In this document: piece after piece, positions 61,315 to 64,000 of the stretch | Position numbering within the stretch: position 1 is the stretch's first letter | Layout of the letters: each line of letters opens with the position of its first letter | NCBI GenBank assembly: GCA_002269645.1 | Contig: NIVC01000121.1 | Coordinates: forward strand, 124,001-188,000 | DNA: 64,000 nucleotides | Reading direction: 5' to 3' | Source of the DNA: Macrostomum lignano | Lineage: Eukaryota | Notes under the pieces: model-generated | Seen by the model: only the letters and a program-made list of their open reading frames with translations | Told to the model about the DNA's origin: nothing | Database searches by the model: none | Position numbers and translations under genes: made by a program

Positions 61315-61675
61315 AGTATTGCATTATTAGAACCAAGCAGTTACGTACTCATTATTTAGAAGCTTCTTTGGGAATGGTTAGCTAATTCTCGATCCGCCAC
61401 AAAGTGAATATTGATTTTTTAGTCTCTTCTTATAGTTGTCCATAGGCATTCTACAACAAGAGATATCTTTTATAGGATTTATGGGATGATGGGACGAGGA
61501 ACCAGAATGGCGAGGGACGGAGAAGAGATGAAGGGGAGATATCGGGAAACATTCTTAACAGCACGTGATGCACCGGCCTGGTCGATGTGACACAACTTTT
61601 GCGTCCATCTGGGGGTGCCAGCAAAAGTCTGGAAGAAGTTGAGTGTTTAGACAGAAATGCTTGCGTGAGTGTGGT

Positions 61676-61989
61676 AGAGTAGAGTAGGGTATAATATAGA
61701 GTAGAATAGAGTAGAGTAGAGTAGAGTAGAGTAGAGTAGAGTAGAGTAGAGTAGAGTAGAGTAGAGTAGAGTAGAGTAGAGTAGAGTAGAGTAGAGTAGA
61801 GTAGAGTAGAGTAGAGTAGAGTTGAGTAGAGTAGAGTAGAGTAGAGTAGAGTAGAGTAGAGTAGAGTAGAGTAGAGTAGAGTAGAGTAGAGTAGAGTAGA
61901 GTAGAGTAGAGTAGAGTAGAGTAGAGTAGAGTAGAGTAGAGTAGAGTAGAGTAGAGTAGAGTAGAGTAGAGTAGAGTAGAGCAAAGTAG
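61676..61989. repeat. (GAGTA)n pentanucleotide microsatellite
   Basis: Directly visible. Confidence 0.98.
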
Positions 61990-63153
61990 AGTGATAGATA
62001 AATAGTAAAGCTAAATATAAATGAGTTTGGAAGATAAGCTGCATAAGAAAAAATACGATATAGGTGAACTTGCAACAACAATATTAAATGAACGCAATGT
62101 ACTTTTTGATGCAATCAATCAATTAAGGCTCTATATTTGATCAAGAGCAATTTATTAATTAATGAGTGTCACAGCAGCACTTTTATTGCAAAATATTTTT
62201 GCTACAAAAATTCGATAAGAACGTATTTGAAAGGTTACAGAAAAATTGAGAAAAATATATTTATGTTCCGGTTCTAATATTCCGAGCTGAAAAATTACAA
62301 AAACATTAATAAAGTCTGGGTTTGCACCCACAAAGTGCATCATTAGCGAATGACAACAGATACATGCTGAGAGCTCGGCACGCGATGGCTGATTTAAATT
62401 TGAAGGCTATGTGTTTAAACAAAATTGTACATGCATCTAAGAGTGTTGAAAATGAAACGAAATTTCAATTTCTGTGTGTTCACCCCGTGTTAACAAATAA
62501 ATATTTAACTCCTACGAGGACTTAGCACTTGTTTCAGTTTCTTAGCACTAAATTTGTCAAATCTTTATATATCGGAGGTTCCAATATGCCTATAGAGACT
62601 GAGTTATATAGCTTGCCAGCGTTAATCAAAGATTCTATATTACCTAGAGGCGTCACTCCAACATTCGCTAGTGTATTTAGCGGCCGTCTCCAAGGGCCCC
62701 TAAAAACCCCGGGAATTTGGGCCACAGACACTGTAGCTGCTGCTGCTAGTAGTATAGTCTATGGTCGTAACCCCAGGGTTTTCGCTTGTGACTTCATTAG
62801 GCGATACGAAAAATTAGCCAGGGGTTGTCGTGCGATTCACAGAAATGAGAGCCAACCCCCCAAGACGCAGAGAGTGTACATGCCTTGGACGATTAGAAAG
62901 TCAGGGACGCTGTACACCCTGGGCGAGCGTGTGCATGAGGATTGGCGCGCTGGTGTGTGGGGACGATGTCGCCAAGGCGTTTGCGCCGGGGTGCCCACAA
63001 CTCTCCTGCTATGTTTACTTTATATATAACGTTAGACTGTAGACACATTATGTGGCTACCTATGGTCCTTGAAAGATACCCTTAGGTACGTGGTCAATGA
63101 GTGATTTTCAATGAGCACAGCAGGGTGAGGGTGTCCCCAAGGTAAGTCGGAGC

Positions 63154-64000
63154 TCACACCGGACTTGGAGTCTGCCTCCCGGTGGGCCGGTGGCTGCTGT
63201 CGGCCGCTCTCAAGCTGCCAGTCTGAGACAGATTGGGACTGGCCGACTCCGACGAGGTGGTCGACTGGGCGCTGCTGCCTAACGACGAAGAGGACACGGA
63301 CAGCGAGCTCGCCAGGCTGCACTGCGAGGACGACGCAGCGGTGCCGAGCGGAGGCGGAGGTGGCGGCATCGGCGGTGGAGCCATCGACTGCAGAGGCGGC
63401 GGCGGCGGAGGCGGTGGCAGGACGCGGAAGGCGGGAAATCCGGCACCAGCGGAGCCAGTGTTGTCTCGATTCGTTGACATGAACCGCGATGTTGAACTGC
63501 TGGTTGCACTGCCGCCGCTGCCGTTGCTGCTGCTACTGGCCACGGTGCTGCTCGCTGTGGTGCTGCAGCTGCTTCTTCGACTGCCGAGATCGCCTTCGCC
63601 GCCTCTGCCACCGACACTGGCGCCGGTTCTTGAGGACGTTACGGCTCTAGACTGCGCAGGCCGAGCCCCCATCAGGCGCAGCAGCTCGTTCAGTTGGTCG
63701 TCAACTCGACGAAGCCGGCTGTTGACGCTGCCGACCTCGCGTCGGAGCTCCTCGCGCGTCTCGGTCAGCAGGCCGGACATCGCTCGGACAGAGGCCGCCA
63801 GCGAAGCCGTCGTGACAACCGGCGTCCCTGGGGTCTCCTCGACTTCGGCCTCGTCAATGCGACCAATTTGTCGGGCTACTGCAGAAGTCTTTGCTTCGGA
63901 GCTAGTCGTTGAGGTCTGTCGCGCTGTCGAGTCGGGGGCAGGAGATTGAGCACTCACGTCGGCTGCCACCACGATTTGTCCGGCAGCTGCTCCTCCTGTT
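63154..64000 (-). CDS. GC-rich exon open to the window end; probable C-terminus of an EAG/KCNH-like channel (coiled coil plus Ser/Pro-rich tail)
   Basis: The frame is open from 63999 to TGA at 63156-63154. LTETREELRREVGSVNSRLRRVDDQLNELLRLM parallels the EAG-family C-terminal coiled coil (recalled as [32 protein letters not shown]). The rest is low complexity. A GTGAGC donor overlaps the stop, so it may instead be an internal exon. Confidence 0.55.
   Translation of the reverse strand, partial: TGGAAAGQIVVAADVSAQSPAPDSTARQTSTTSSEAKTSAVARQIGRIDEAEVEETPGTPVVTTASLAASVRAMSGLLTETREELRREVGSVNSRLRRVDDQLNELLRLMGARPAQSRAVTSSRTGASVGGRGGEGDLGSRRSSCSTTASSTVASSSSNGSGGSATSSSTSRFMSTNRDNTGSAGAGFPAFRVLPPPPPPPPLQSMAPPPMPPPPPPLGTAASSSQCSLASSLSVSSSSLGSSAQSTTSSESASPNLSQTGSLRAADSSHRPTGRQTPSPV

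Noticed and set aside
59673-62114. MAPISIFNE, IEIGAISLK and YSTLL repeat ORFs
   Set aside because: Translations of the 27-bp and pentamer arrays.
62529-63029. 166-aa plus-strand ORF
   Set aside because: Non-ATG start, no motif and no codon bias like the real exons.
1-64000. tRNA, rRNA or telomeric repeat
   Set aside because: No cloverleaf with A/B boxes, no conserved rRNA motifs and no (TTAGGG)n tract were recognised by eye. tRNAscan-SE or Infernal would be needed to exclude divergent ncRNAs.

Overview
This is eukaryotic (invertebrate animal) genomic DNA, not prokaryotic. It has spliced genes with GT-AG introns, GC3-rich exons, AT-rich intergenic DNA and a very high load of minisatellites and nested transposons. 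That style is consistent with a flatworm such as Macrostomum, but the taxon cannot be proven from the window. Host genes: (1) the 3' end of a secreted TIL + 2xShKT protein (+, 707-6054), whose introns are filled with satellites; (2) a complete 4-exon TRAF gene (-, 14777-11465); (3) a 5'-truncated TRAF paralogue in a same-orientation segmental duplicate (-, ~42817-40993); (4) a ~2080-aa vitellogenin/large lipid transfer protein (-, 57780-51092); (5) the probable last exon of an EAG/KCNH-like channel (-, 63154 to the window end). Mobile DNA includes a Tc1/mariner > MULE > MITE nest, a piggyBac carrying BEL, LINE and gypsy cargo, a foldback element, a P-like element inside an RTE-like fragment, a DIRS-like recombinase remnant, a gypsy gag remnant and a solo LTR. 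The most interesting signal comes from comparing the two duplicate copies. Minisatellite arrays in one copy correspond to single 'seed' units in the other. One 24-bp unit recurs as three unlinked, co-oriented ~1-kb arrays, one at a microhomology seed and one exactly at the breakpoint that truncates TRAF copy 2. No rRNA, tRNA or CRISPR array was seen. All alignments and domain calls were made by eye, without database searches.
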